Shown: piece by piece, positions 38,197 to 51,727 of the stretch
Layout: each line of letters opens with the position of its first letter
Position numbering within the stretch: position 1 is the first letter of the stretch
NCBI RefSeq assembly: GCF_963921235.1
Contig: NC_086108.1
Location: 40,550,001 to 40,614,000 of the forward strand
DNA: 64,000 bases
Direction of reading: 5' to 3'
Source: Mobula hypostoma
Lineage: Eukaryota
Notes under the pieces: model-generated
The model's database searches: none
Seen by the model: the letters and a program-made list of their open reading frames with translations, nothing else
What the model was told of the DNA's origin: nothing
Position numbers and translations under genes: made by a program

Positions 38197-39619
38197 TAAT
38201 CACATACATACTAGGTGCTTTTCGTAGAGGGCAATTAATCTACCAACCCACACCTCGTTAGGACACAGGCGAAAACTGGAGCACCTGAAAGACACCTGTG
38301 AGATCACATGAGAACATGCAAACTCCAAGCGGAGAGCAGGTCAGGGTTGAAGCCAGGTCAATAAGATGAGGCAGCAGCTTTACTAACTATGGCACTGTGC
38401 CATTTTGTGCTGGCAAATTGCTTTGTATGAATTATACAACAACAGTCAAACCAAAGCTCTTTATGGTTTTCCCCAAATTCCTGCATCAAAAGTTAATTGA
38501 TGGTCCTCACACCCTTTGGTGAGATCTGCCAAAATTCTCTACTTATCCCTTTAGACAATAACTGGACACAATTTTCTCCAGAGGTTAATTGTTTCATCAG
38601 ATTTGCCCTTGCCTTGCTGTTATTTTCAAATTTTTGTAGTATTTTGCCAAAATAGTGAGCTGATGAAAGTACCTATTGTAAGGTGATATTCCCCAAAGGT
38701 GCCTGGCATCTGAATGATTGGGGCAGGTAACTATTCAGGTCTTTGATACAAGGCCAATTTTATTCCACACAATTCCTCATGACTTATGTACGCTGCTGTT
38801 CTACTGTGGGTGGGGTTGGGGCTATAGAGGGAAAAAAGTGGGCCCTGCCTTCCTTCCACCTGTTGTGCCTGTTTTAAGACACAGACAGTTTCCTTGGCCC
38901 TGAACAAATAATTGCAGTATTTAACCATATTCATTTTTCACATAATGAAAATTAGATTAAAAATTACTCTTCGCAGTAACAGCAAGCCAACACTTCACCA
39001 GTTCACCTGACTTTCAGAAAGTCAAAATAGATCAATTAACACCATCTGTTATTCTGAATGTTGGAATCAGACCATTTAATTTGACATTTACATATACTTA
39101 TCTGTTCCAGGGGAGTTTTACTTTTAAGCTTGAAGACAAAGTTGCAAGAGCTTTTAATCTGGTGGAGAATCGTCACAGAGTGAGAGAGAAAGAGAGAAAT
39201 AAAGCCATTGGCTCAATTAACATCTTCTGGGAGCAAGAAGTGCATCCTGCTGGAAAATAAATTTCTGTTCTTCAGCCTTTGTCTCCTTGAGACTCTCAAT
39301 CTGGTGCAATGGATAGGAGTACCAGTTAAGGAAAAGCAAAAACTAATGCCATTCCATCCAGTTTAGACAAAGAAAACAGGATTCAACACGGCCAAAGCCA
39401 GAAACTAGAGGTGGCTCATTAGATTATCCTGGAATCTCTTGGCATTTCTTTAGTACAGGCCTGAGAATTTGAGGAGCATTTTATTGCCTCATTAACATGA
39501 GGTGTATCAGAAAAACCTACAGAAAGGTGAAGCAATTAACATCAGTAGGGCCCAATGAGCCTTAATTTCTTCCACAAAATACACATCCCAGTTTGGTTGC
39601 TAGAACAAGTGAGATTTCT

Positions 39620-40105
39620 GATCCAGATAGTTGTTTACACAAGTCTCACTTCAGATATTTGAGTACATAATTGGGATATTCATGTGCAATACTGAGGGAG
39701 TGCAGCTTTGTTGGCAAGTTACATGTTAATTTCTGATCAACCTGAAACATTAATCAGATATCTCATTATGCAGATGCTGCCTACTTTTCTAATTGTTTCT
39801 AGAATTTTCTGATTTATTTATTTTGATAAGATGCCAAATGAAGTGCGGTTTCCCTCCTTAAAAAATTCAGTGGCACAACTTCAGGGCGATTAAGCGGAGC
39901 TGCTATCCTGGCGAATCTTTGTCAGTCTACATCACTTAAAAGTGTGAGTCATCTTGTCTTAATCATTGCTGTTTGTGAAAATTTAATGCACACAGATTGG
40001 CTGGTCCATTACCTCTCACTGAAACAGCACTTCATTGAATGGAAATTTCTGCAGGACACCCCAAAGCAGTGGAATATTTTCCATAAATATAAAAGTGTTT
40101 TGTAT
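39620..40105 (+). mobile_element. Ancient Deu-domain SINE (SacSINE1/AmnSINE-like) with an old Penelope-terminus fragment inside (~39730-39815)
   Basis: gtgcaatactgagggagtgcagc, cattgctgtttgtg, attggctg and cacttcattg appear in the order recalled for Deu-SINEs. Confidence 0.6.
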
Positions 40106-40419
40106 TGGATATTCAATTATAGGAATAAATACAATACTGGGGGCAAAATAGCAATCATACAGAAAGGAATCGAGCAGTATATGGACCAAGTATTAATCGA
40201 CTCTTTACTTGCATTGTACTGACAGTCTATACATTGGGGTAAAAAGAGAAATGTTTTATTGCTGTGAAGTGACTGTGTGCATTTTGAATTCATGGGATTA
40301 AAATCAGAAATATCTATGGTATATTGACCATGTTTATTAATTTACGAGTAAGATGATATGCAACTTCATTTGTTAATTCACGATTCATTCAGTAATATCA
40401 AAAAATCATCAAATAGAAG

Positions 40420-41330
40420 TTGGCGATATTGTGTACCTGTGTCTGCCCTTGTGTGCCTGTGTGTCTCTCCATTGGTGTCCTTCAGCACCTGCATATTTTT
40501 CTGTTGCCGTGTTTGTTTTGTGTGTGTGTGTGTGTGTGTTCTATGTTTCTGTACATCTGTGTATGTTTCTATGTCTTTTTGCATCTGAGTTTTCAGGTAG
40601 TATATCTGTGCATTTCTGCACTGGTGTGGTGTGTGCGTGCGTGCGTTACTGAGCTGGTGATGGCTCCTGCCTTTGAGTTTTGGTGTCAGCGCTTTTCTAT
40701 GTGTATTTCTGTGTCTGTGTCAGGTTTTGTAGATGATCCCATCTATGTACCTGGGCATACTTCTGTGCCTGTGTGTGTACACGCATCCGCGTACATCTAT
40801 AATTCTGCATTTCTCTGTGGGTTTCTGTTTCAGTATGTGCCTGAGAGTCTGTATCTGTGTTGTTGTTATTGCATGTTCCCGTTTCATTTATTTCTGCATC
40901 TGAGCTTTTGTATGTTACTCTGACTGTTTCTTATGTGTGTGAATATCCATGTGTGCCTCTGCGTATGTGTTTCCACAACTTGTTGCTTTCTCTCTGCATT
41001 TCTATGCTTCTGAGTTGGTGTGTGGTTCTGAATGTGTGAGTGTTTGGTTTTATATGAATGTCTCTCTGTGTCTCTATTTGCTGTAAACGTGATTGTTTCT
41101 GAACTTGTGTGATTCTGTAACTGGTTTTCTCTGTGTGTTTCTGCCTCTGTACTTGTTTCTGTGTTTTTGAGTTTCTCTGTCCCTGTACATCTGTGCTTGT
41201 GTTTGTTTCTGTCGATGCCTTTGTCTCTGCACATCTTTGACTCTTTGTTTCCAAGTGTTTCTGTGACTTTATATTTCTGTCTCTGAGCTTGTATCTTTGT
41301 CTTGATGGGTGTATATGCACAGAAACAAGC
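40420..41330. repeat. Degenerate (TG)/(TCTGTG)-rich low-complexity tract
   Basis: (TG)n at ~40519-40538 within ~900 bp of tgtgtc/tctgt motifs; strongly A-poor on +. Confidence 0.85.
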
Positions 41331-41371
41331 ACAACAGCAGAAACCACTGGAGGTTCCTCGAACTCACTTAG

Positions 41372-43728
41372 TCAGGGCCAACCTCAGAAAGGCGCTGCCA
41401 AAGTTACACCAACATGTCTCCCTGCCCCACTAGAGGCCCGAATATACTTGACCACTGCTACACAGCAGTCAAGGATGCCTACCGTTCCGTCCCACGACCT
41501 CACCGGAAAATCGGACCATCAGGACGCACTCCTCCTCCCGGCTTGCAAACAGAAACTGAAGCGGGAGGTCAAGGTGTCAAAAGTAGTGTCGCGTTGGACG
41601 GAGGAAATGGATGAGGTCCTCCGTGACTGCTTTGAATCAGTGGACTGGTTAGTATTCAAGGACTCAGCAGCTAACCTCAATGAGTATGCCTCAGCTGTCA
41701 CGGACTTTATTTGGAAGTGCACGGAAGACGATCCAGGTATTCCCTAACCGGAAACCTTGGATGAATTATGAGTTCAAGTCCCTTTTAAAGGCTAGAGCTG
41801 CAGCTTTTAGGTCCGGGGATACCAGTCGCTACACGAAATCCAGGCGTGAACTCCGGAAAGCCATTAAGGGTGCCAAGAGGCAATATCGAGCCAAGTTGGA
41901 AGCCCAGGCTAACCAAGGGATGCCAGTAGACTATGGCAGGGTCTAAATGAGATCACTGGGTGCAAAGAAAAGGCTGGGAATATCAATAACTGCGGCGCTT
42001 CTCTTCCTGATGAACTTAACATATTCTATGCATGATTCGAACAGAAGAGGAGCGTCCTGCTCCCTCCGGCTGAACCGGACCTGGTGGCATCGAGATTCAT
42101 CGTCACTGAGGAGGACATTAGAAGGGCCTTCCTGAAGATAAATCCAAGGAAGGCGACAGGCCCAGATGGTGTCCCAGGACGGGTTCTCCAGGCCTGTGCA
42201 AGCGAGCTAGCTGGAGTGTTTGCTGACATCTTCAACAACTCCTTGCTTCAGTCTAAGATCCCCTCATGTTTTAAGAAGGCAACGATAATCCCAGTGCCGA
42301 AGAAGGCAAGGTGGCACGCCTGAATGACTATCGACCTGTGGCTCTGACATCAATTGCTATGAAGTGCTTCGAGCGATTGGTTATGGCACACATCAACCAC
42401 AGCCTACCGGTCAACCTCGATGCTTTGTAATTCGCCTACCGGAGCAACAGGTCAATGGCAGATGCCATCTTTCTGGCCCTACATTCCTACTTAGAACACC
42501 TGGAGAATAAAGACGCATACGTAAGGCTCCTTTTCATTGACTACAGCTCTGCCTTTAATACTATCATTCCAAATAAACTGATTCCTAAGCTCCGGAACCT
42601 GGGCCTTAGCACTCAGATCTGCAGCTGGATCTTCAACTTCCTCACAGACAGGACCCAGGCTGTAAAAATAGGGGACAAGCTCTCCTCTACAATCACTCTG
42701 AGCACCGGTGCCCCACAAGGCTGTATACTCAGCCCCCTGCTGTACTCACTGTACGCCCATGATTGTGTAGCCAAGTTTCCATCAAACTCAATATATAAGT
42801 TTGCTGATGACACAATTGTAGGCCGTATCTTGGGTAATGATGAGTTTGAGTACAGAGAGGAAATTAAGAACCTGGTGGCATGGTGCGAAGACAATAACCT
42901 ATCCCTCAACATCAGCAAGACGAAGGAATTGGTTGTTGACTTCAGAAGGAGTAGTGGACCGCACAACCCCATTTACATCAGTGGTGTGCAAGTGGAACAG
43001 GTCAAAAGCTTTAAGTTCCTCGGGGTCAATATCGCAAATGACCTGACTTGGTCCAGCCAAGCAGAGTTCACTGCCAAGAAGGCCCACCAGCGCCTTTACT
43101 TCCTGAGAAAACTAAAGAAATTTGGCCTGTCCCTTAAAACCCTCACTAATTTTTATAGATGCACTGTAGAAAGCATTCTTCTAGGGTGCATCACAACCTG
43201 GTATGGAAGTTGTCCTGTCCAAGACCGAAAGAAGCTGCAGAAGGCCGTGAACACGGCGCAGCACATCACACAAACCAATCTTCCATCCGTGGACTCACTT
43301 TACACCGCATGCTGTCGGAGCAGTGCTGCCAGGATAATCAAGGACACGACCCACCCACCCAAAACACTTTCGTCCCTCTTCCCTCCAGGAGAAGGTTCAG
43401 GAGCTTGAAGACTCGAATGGCCAGATTTGGGAACAGCTTCTTTCCAACTGTGATAAGACTGCTGAAAGGATCCTGACCTGGATCTGGGCCGTACCCTCCA
43501 AATATCCAGACCTTCCTCGCAGTTTTTTTTCACTATCTTACTTCCCATTTTTCTATTTTCTATTTATGATTTATAACTTAAATTTTTAATATTTACTAAT
43601 TTTAACTATTATAAATATTTTAATATTAATATTTGTAAGCCAGGGAATGTGAAGCACAGAATCAAATATCGCTGTAATGATTGTATGTTCTAGTACCAAT
43701 TGTTTGGCGACAATAAAGTATAAAGTAT
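41372..43728 (+). mobile_element. Rex1/Babar LINE, 2.35 kb (end of APE, RT, 3'UTR)
   Basis: CPTRGPNILDHCY, GKSDH, KATGPDGVPG, 317-aa ORF with [11 protein letters not shown] / [13 protein letters not shown] / KFADDT; tail aataaagtataaagtata. Confidence 0.96.
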
Positions 43729-44534
43729 ATGTGGGCAACCAATTAAAACTCTGATATTCCCTATTTTCCCATACACCCCAGCTCAGACCGACCAATCCTG
43801 TCAATAACGGTAGATCAAAGGTTATATTCATTCCACGTGCTTCCCAGTCAGTTTCAGTACTCTTTAGCCCTTGCCCTACAATCTGCCCAATTTGAAAATG
43901 AGGAGAAAATCTGTTTCACACTCACTGCTGGCAATGTTGCCTCTTTCTGCAACTTCCCTGCAGCAATTTGGCGCTCATTGTTGTGACGTAATATTTGGTA
44001 TTACACAGAAGTAAGATGAACCAAATATGACAATCAACAAAATGGGAAGGAAAACACCTCCCCCAAACCACTGCTGAATGCTACATGTTGGCTTGAATTA
44101 TTTTCAATTGGCTTGATATGCTGTAATAACAAACAAGTACCTCAAGACTAAAGGGCATAGGAGCAGAATTAGGCCACTTGGCCCCTTGAGTCTACTCTAC
44201 CATTTCACCATGGCTGCAGCTCAACGCACTTCATGGATATGTAGTTATCAGGAAGACAGGGGGTCTCCCAAAGATCCCAGGTCTCTCACAAGAAATACAC
44301 CACTACCTCTCGATCCATTCTCAGCAGACTAGCTATGTACTAACCGAAAAAACACTTAATATAAACTTTCTTTCTTATTTACTTAGAACTTCCACCTGTC
44401 TTTGCCCAAGCCTGTTCTCACCTAAGCCTGTGGAACTAAAGCCAAACCACTCTAACATTGCCCCACTCCAACAATGGTCCCTCTGCTTCTGTACTCTGTG
44501 GGTATAATGACCATATTTCTGTATTTCCTTATGA

Positions 44535-44810
44535 TATGAAGGAAGCTATTCAGTCCATTGAATCTCACAGAGCAATCCCACTGCTGACTAATTTTCCTTG
44601 TAACCTAGTTTCCCCACATCCACTTGTTATCGGGGCAATTTACAGTGGCCAATCTTCATGATGGGTCAGGAACTAGAACACCTGGTAGACACCTACATGG
44701 TCGCAGGGTAAATGTGCGAACTCCACATTCATAACCAGAGGTGAGACTTGAATACTGGTCACTTGGACTGTGAGTTAGCAGCTCTACCTAGTGTGCCGCT
44801 GTGCCACACA
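44535..44810 (-). mobile_element. Old V-SINE
   Basis: ggggcaatttacagtggccaat, aactagaacacctgg, gtgcgaactccaca, gtgccgctgtgcc. Confidence 0.6.
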
Positions 44811-46649
44811 ATATAGGTACCAAAAGAAGGGAGCTTAACTCTTGGGAATGCATCCTGCAAGAGGGAGGCAGGCTAATTTTAATCACCAGCCTTATTAATT
44901 GGGTATCCTCAAAGCACCTCCTCTCTGCCCTAAATTACAGAGGTCTTTGCAATGAGACCAACATAATAAGAGCAGTCTGTGCTATTCTGTGTACCTAAAG
45001 GTGAACTCTATTAGCATCATGCAGAGTTTAGATTGCCAGCTATGAAAATTAGTCAGCAGGAGGCTATTTTAACAGCTGGTCGCCTCCACTTGTCAGATAA
45101 AGTTAAAATTATGCCCCCTGCCTACCTTAACAATGCATCTTTTGACCAACACAGGGGATTCATAAACATTCAGGCTGGATTTTTAAATTCATTTTAGAGG
45201 ATCTCAGCAGCACGAACAGGACAGCATTTATTCCCCGTCCCTAATTGCCCTTGGGACAGAGGTTGCGAGCCATTAGTTTGACCTGCTCCAGCCCATCAGG
45301 TGAAAATGCCAGAATACTACGCTGTTGCACAAACAGTTCCAGGACTTGGAGTAAGGGAAGATGAAGAATCAGTGTTATATTTATAAATTGGGGTGATGTG
45401 TGATTTGGAGGAGAATGTGAAGCTGGAGCATGCATCCACTGCCTTTGCCCTTGTTGATAATGGAGATATGCAGTCAGAATAATTTGGGTGAGTAATTGTG
45501 ACTGTGCATGATAAACACAACAGTCACAGTAGTCTGCCGGAAGAGGGAATGACTGTTAAAGGTGGGTGCTGGAGTGCCAGCTTGCTTTGTCAATGACTTC
45601 ATGAGTATTGTTAGAGCTGCACTAGGGTAAGCTTGGATATTGTGTCACATTTCTGTACCGTGCCATGTAGATGGTGGAAAGGCCTTGCAGTGTCAGGAAG
45701 CAAATAATTCACTGAAGGATATAGTAGTCAGTATCTGATTGCCTCTCATAGTCACAGGATTTATGTGATAGTCCGTTTGAGTTGCTGGTCAGTGGGGTCA
45801 CCCAAGGTGTTGATATGGGCACTCGATGATGGTAAATCCATTTGATGCTTGTTTTAAAAGAGGAATAACATGAATGTGTTTTGCATTAACAATAACACAA
45901 AATGTTCCATGTGTTTGCAGCCAAACCAGTATGAATTCAATGTTTGGCTTTCGGTTCAGGACCACCTCCAAGTGTTTGTCATCCACAGCTTAAGCTTTGC
46001 TCTTGCATCGGCACATAAAAGAAAGCGCATGCTTTAAAATCTGAATTTCAAAGTTTTCAAATGAGCTGCTAAGACGTCCTGGCAATTTGAAGTGCATTTA
46101 TGAAACGAGAGGCAGTTTACAGACTGGCATTCCAGTTAGGTGTTTGGAAAGTGGGAACTTGAGTTCAGACAACATATCCGAAACACTTCATATCCTATGA
46201 ACTAGATTTTAAAGACAGTGATTGTTATGTGCTGAAAGTCATCCAACGTACACACACGCCCCACAAAGATCAAATGAGGTGAATAGTTGGTTTGAGGTGG
46301 TGCTGGCACACTGAGAACTGCTGGCCACAACACGAGGTTTCTTTGCTCTGATGCAAGCATTCGGATCTTGCCATAACAAACTCTGGCTTAACCTCTCAGC
46401 CAAAAGACAAACCACTTCAACAATGCACCATTCCTTTGCTATTGCACTGACAACCAAAGGAGTCTGCACAACAGTTGCTGTAGTCCTTAGTAGCAAATCA
46501 GATTTTCAGCAGCATTATTTCAATTGAGATGTTCAACATACAGATGTATCGCGTTAGTTCAATGGAGGGCAAGAGGGCTGCTCTTCTAGCCCATGTTAGT
46601 TTTTCATCAAAAATCACTGTAGCTCATACTCTGGGGATGCAAGAGATGG

Positions 46650-47212
46650 AGCATAGCACAGTACAGCACAATATGGGTCCTTCAGCCCGAGATGTTGTAC
46701 CAACTTGTATAAACCTAATCCACGATCAATCTAACCCTTTCCTCCTACACAGCCCATAATCCTTAATTTTTCTTACTGTACATCCATGCGTCTAAGAGTC
46801 ATTTTAAATGTCCATATTGTATCAATCTCTACCATCCCTGGCAGTTCATTCCAGGCACCCACCACTCTCTAGGTCAAAAAAAAATCTACCTCTGATTTCT
46901 CCCCTAAACTTCCCTCCACTCACATTAAATGAATATCCTCAGAAAGGACATTGCATCTCCGGGAAAAGGGTGCTGGCTGTCCACTTTATCTGTGCCTCTC
47001 ATTATCTTATCCACCTCTATCAAATCACCTCTCATCCTTTGTTGTTCTAAAGTGAAAAGCTTTAGCTCATTCAATCTGTCCTCCTAAGGCATGCTCACTT
47101 ATCCAGACAGCTTCCTGGTAAATCTCCTCTGTACCATCTCCAAAGGTCACCCGTCCTGCCTATAATGAGGGAATCAAAAATGAACACAACTCTGTAAGAG
47201 TGGTCTAACCAT
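46650..47212 (-). mobile_element. Older CR1 3' fragment
   Basis: Similar to 700-1260 (cagtacagcac..ttccaggcacccaccactctc..aaatctcctctg). Confidence 0.8.
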
Positions 47213-48875
47213 TGAAAGGAAATCGGCACCACAACATAAGGATTTTGAAATCTCAGCTAGCTAGTTAAATCTAATGGTCAACTTAAAGATCATCTGTAAT
47301 CGAATGAGACCTTGTGTTTCTCTCATTAGACAGTGGTTAGTAATGAGCCTCCTTCAACACTGTACTTGCAGTACAAGTGAAGCTTGAAGTGCTTGAAAGT
47401 CCAAAAGCTGATGCAATTGACTTAGTTTGGGAAATAAATCAAATTAACCAAGGTATTGTTATTTCACATATTTTAGAAAGTGACGAGTAATTTTGAAATA
47501 CTCTAACCAATTTTTGCTCTTCTATGTTTGCTTATTCCTCATCTGAATGGTGTTGCTGTAGCCCACTGGTGACAGACTTCCCTCTGAGTCAGAGTATGAC
47601 TTCAAACACTTGGCCAGCTGAGTATTCAAACCAGAATGGCAATTTTATAGTGAATATTGTGTTGCTGGAAGCGCTGGATTGCACAAAGCTTTGTTGTCAC
47701 ATGCAGTGAGGTTCGATTTCCAAAGCAAAATTAGTCACTGAGGAATATTGTGGACTAAATGTAGGTTTTGTGAAACTCTGTGATTTAGGTGTTGTGATTT
47801 GCTAGCATGTAGGGGATAGGTTGTACAATCCTGAACATTTTTGGTTGAGAAAGGAGCCACTCAGTCTATCATGGAATATGCAAAGCAAAAACAGCCTATT
47901 TCATCTTACTTCCAATCTCTTGGCACAGACAAGGTGTCCAGACACCATATCTTGATGTGGATGGGTGCTTGATGGTTGATGCAGACTTGTTTTCAGTACT
48001 GTATGAATCTCTGACTCATACTGTGGTATCTGACTTTATATAAAGCACTGCTAGAAGCATCTCCATAATGTTGGTACATAATCTCTCGTCTCTCGGGCCA
48101 CACATACAAAATGCTTTTACAATGTGTGCAGTCTGCTCTGTCATGACTTATGGGGTCCTACATAGAAGTCTGGCACTGATGAACTCCCCTCGGGTAGGTC
48201 CTATTTAAAGTGTAAATCAGTCACAGTACACAAAAGTGTTCATCATCACTTCTCTATGAAAGACAGGTTGCGCAGCCCAGTCCAGCTAAATGGAATAGCC
48301 CCCAGCAACATGGTTGGGCCCATCCTAAACATCAGTGGGGACAAAGAGAACTTCAGCATGTAATCCAAGGCCACCTCATTATTGCACACTGAGGGATTAG
48401 AGTTTGAGTTAAATAAAAGTCTGAAAATCTTTGCTCAAGGAGTGTATGAAAACTGATGCCACATTGCTGTGACATAAATGAAAATATGTTTTGCTCACAC
48501 ATAAATGTACTTTTTCATATATTCAAACTTTAGAGAGAAAAATAAATCTTCCCTATAGCTAAGTTGGCTGTTACTATGATCATGGGATATGGGAGTCGAA
48601 CTAGCTCATTCAATGCATTGAGCATTGGAGCTGCGCCCAGCCACACAGTCATACTGTAAGTGTAAAGTGAGTAGAGCAGAGAACTAAACCCCAGCCATGT
48701 GGTGGACCTGTGCTGATGGTGATTATGGAGGAGACACTGTTGCCAATCTGAACTGTGTGGGGACTACAATTGAGGAAATCGAGAATCCAATTGCACAAAG
48801 AGGTATTGAGGCCAAGGTCTTGGAGCTTATTGATTAGGTTTTAGGGGAGGATGGCATTGAGTGTTAAGCTATAGT

Positions 48876-49358
48876 TGTCAGTAAGTTCACATATGACCCA
48901 AGTGTGGAGAGAGAGAGAGACATTAGAAGTGGGTCAATAGTTCACAGACTTTAATGTGAACAGAGTTTTAAGGGAAAGGAAAACAATAAATGCTCGGCCA
49001 AACAGCATCATTGAATAAAACTTTCAAACAGAAAACTAGGTACCAACACCGCAGCTGAAAGGAATTTCTAAATACAAAACAAATACCACAAGTCTTCAGT
49101 GTCAGTTGACTCGATAGTCCACTTTCTCAGGCAAGGCTGAACGCAGGCAGGCGGCGTAACATTGCTGTGCTTTGCTCAAGTCTTAACAAGTGCTACAAAT
49201 CGAAAAGAAGGGAGTTAAATACTGCCAAATTAAAGTAATAATTAGCTGCAACACACATCAAAGTTGCTGGTGAACGCCAGTAAATAATTAGCTGACAAGT
49301 GCATATTCACAAGCACAATTGCCGAATTTGCTGCGCAGCCAAGTCTGTGGTTGTGACA
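48876..49358 (-). repeat. Gypsy 3' LTR
   Basis: TGTCA...TGACA ends; aligns with 54895-55187; TATTTAA box on minus at 49215-49221. Confidence 0.9.
49249..49282 (-). mobile_element. 34-bp Penelope-terminus micro-insertion in the LTR
   Basis: caacacacatcaaagttgctggtgaacgc is identical to 5158-5186; TSD AATAATTAGCTG 49237-49248 / 49283-49294. Confidence 0.85.
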
Positions 49359-50498
49359 GGGCCCTTTCCCCAGGGCAGCTCCTGAGGCGTCAGACCTGTG
49401 CCCGCTGGAAGTCCAGGGTGAGTGAGTTGTCCAAGATGTATTTTGCCAGGATCCAAGAGGTTCTTCAGGAGAATATCCTTCAGATCCGCAAGGTACTGGA
49501 CCTTACCACATACCGGGAGAAAGGCCAGGAGGTGCCGCACCATCTACCAAGTGGGGAGGAGGGAGAGGTGGGACGACTGGGGCCAGGGGAGAGGTGGTAA
49601 TTAACTTAAGCTCAGAAACCTGGAACGTTGGGTGGATCTTCATTGATGCTGGTAGACACAATCTATACGAGAGCTTGTAGACAGCCTTTTCCACTACAAT
49701 GGTCCCATGTAGCACAGAGCCAGTTTACAACTCTCGACTTTCAGGGGAAGATCCCTTGATGCCAACCAGACCTCCTCTTCTGACTTGAATGGCCTTACCT
49801 GTCAGTGGAACTGATCAGTTTACCAGGCATGTTATTTCTGGGTGCGAAGAAGAGAAGCCCTAGCTCACCTCCAGGTGTGCTTGTAGCGCTGAATCAACTG
49901 TTCATCAGCAGGAACTCCTACATCAATCGGCTGCTCAAGGAAAAGCAGTGGCTGGAATCCTTTTTGGCATTCAAGGGGGGATATTCCCATGGAGGCCAAC
50001 TGGAGGTTATTGTGGGCAGTCTCTGCACAAAACAATTGGGAGCTCCAGGACATGGGGTTGGAAGAGGCAACAGAGTTGTCTCCAACTCTTGGTTCACTCT
50101 CTCAGTCTGGCCACTGGATTGGGGTTGGAAACCAGAGGAGAGGCAGACCGTGGCTCCTACAAGAGAGCAGAAAGCCTTCCAAAAGCAGGAAGTAAACTAA
50201 ACTGTGGTCCAAGATCAGACACTATGTCTTGAGGGAAGCCGTGGAGCCTGAACACATGTTGAACCTTGAGTGTGACAGTCTCACCAGCCGATGGGAGTCC
50301 AGGGAGGATAATGAAGTGGGCAGCTGTGCAAAATTGATCCACAATGACCAAAATGGTTGTGTTTCCATGAGACGGGGGCAGCCCAGTGGTGAAATGAGAG
50401 GTGTGGCCAGGGGCAGCAGACATAACAGACCCACAGGATGCTGGCATGACGTCTTGTTCTGAGTGCAGGTGGGACAGTTGTTGAAATCCTGGGACATA

Positions 50499-51727
50499 AG
50501 TCAACAGAGGACACCATCTCCACGGCACTTCATTCTGCCCTGACCCACCTGGACAGCCCCAACTCTTACGTCAGAATGCTGTTCATTAATTTTAGTTCGG
50601 CATTCAATACTGTGATCCCCTCCAAGCTGATCGCCAGACTTCGTCAGCTTGGTATCAGCTCATCCCTCATCAACTGGACCTTGGATTTTCTGACTAACAG
50701 ACCCCAATCAGTTAAGTTAGACAATCTCTCCTCCTCCACTCTCACCCTGAATACTGGTGTGCCTCAAGGCTGTGTGCTAAGCCCTTTTCTGTACTCCCTT
50801 TTCACCTATGACTGCATTCCTGTACATGGTTCTAGTTCCATATTCAAGTTCGCAGACAACACCATGGTGGTTGGTCTGATCAGGGAGGATGACGAGACGG
50901 CCTACAGGGACGAGGTCCAGCACCTGGCTGCATGGTGTGCCGACAACAATCTGGCCCTTAACACCCAGAAGACCAAGGAGATCATTGTGGACTTCAGGCA
51001 TGCTAGGAGCCACACTCACGTCCCCATCTACATCAACGGAGCTATAGTGGAGCATGTATCAAGCTTCAAATTCCTTGGTGTCCACATTTCCGAGGATCTC
51101 ACCTGGTCCCTGAACTCCTCCATCCTGATCAAAAAGGCACAACAGCGCCTTTATTTCCCGCAGAGCATGAAGAAAGCTCACCTCTGTCCCAGGTTACTGA
51201 CGGACTTTTACCACTGTACCATTGACAGCATACTCACCAACTGCATCTCAGTGTGATATGGCAATTGTCCTGTATTGGACCACAAAGCACTCCAGTAGGT
51301 GGTGAAAACTGCCCAGCAGATTATCGGCACCCAATTGCCCACCATTGAGAACATCTACCATAAACGCTGCCTGGGCAGGGCGAAAAGCATTATCAGGGAT
51401 GCATCTCACCCTAACCATGGACTTTTTACTCACCTCCCATCCAGTAGGCGCTACAGGAGCCTCCGCTCCCACACCAGCAGGCACAGGAGGAGCTTCTTCC
51501 CTGAGGCTGTGACCCTGCTGAACCTCACATCACAGCGCTAAGCAGTATTGCACCCATATTGTACTGTCTCAGTACTTCTATATTTGTGTACTGTAGCACT
51601 TACTTTTTATTCACAGTTATTTTGTAAATAACACTACTCTTTGCATTTCTGGTCCGATGCTAACTGCATTTCATTGGCTTTGTATCTGTACTCGGCACAA
51701 TGACAATAAAGTTGAATCTAATCTAAT
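50499..51727 (+). mobile_element. Rex1/Babar LINE inserted in the Gypsy integrase region
   Basis: 226-aa [41 protein letters not shown]; tail (ATCTA)n. Confidence 0.95.

Larger units (their letters stand above)
37190..38400 (-). mobile_element. V-SINE interrupted by two Rex1 insertions
   Basis: gagaacatgcaaactcc, aactggagcacctg and caattaatctacc at 38230-38330 are reverse complements of the V-SINE core; tail part at 37190-37290. Confidence 0.6.

Noticed and set aside
40358..41347. Cys/Val-rich and Thr/His/Gln-rich ORFs up to 167 aa
   Set aside because: Artefacts of the TG-rich low-complexity tract.
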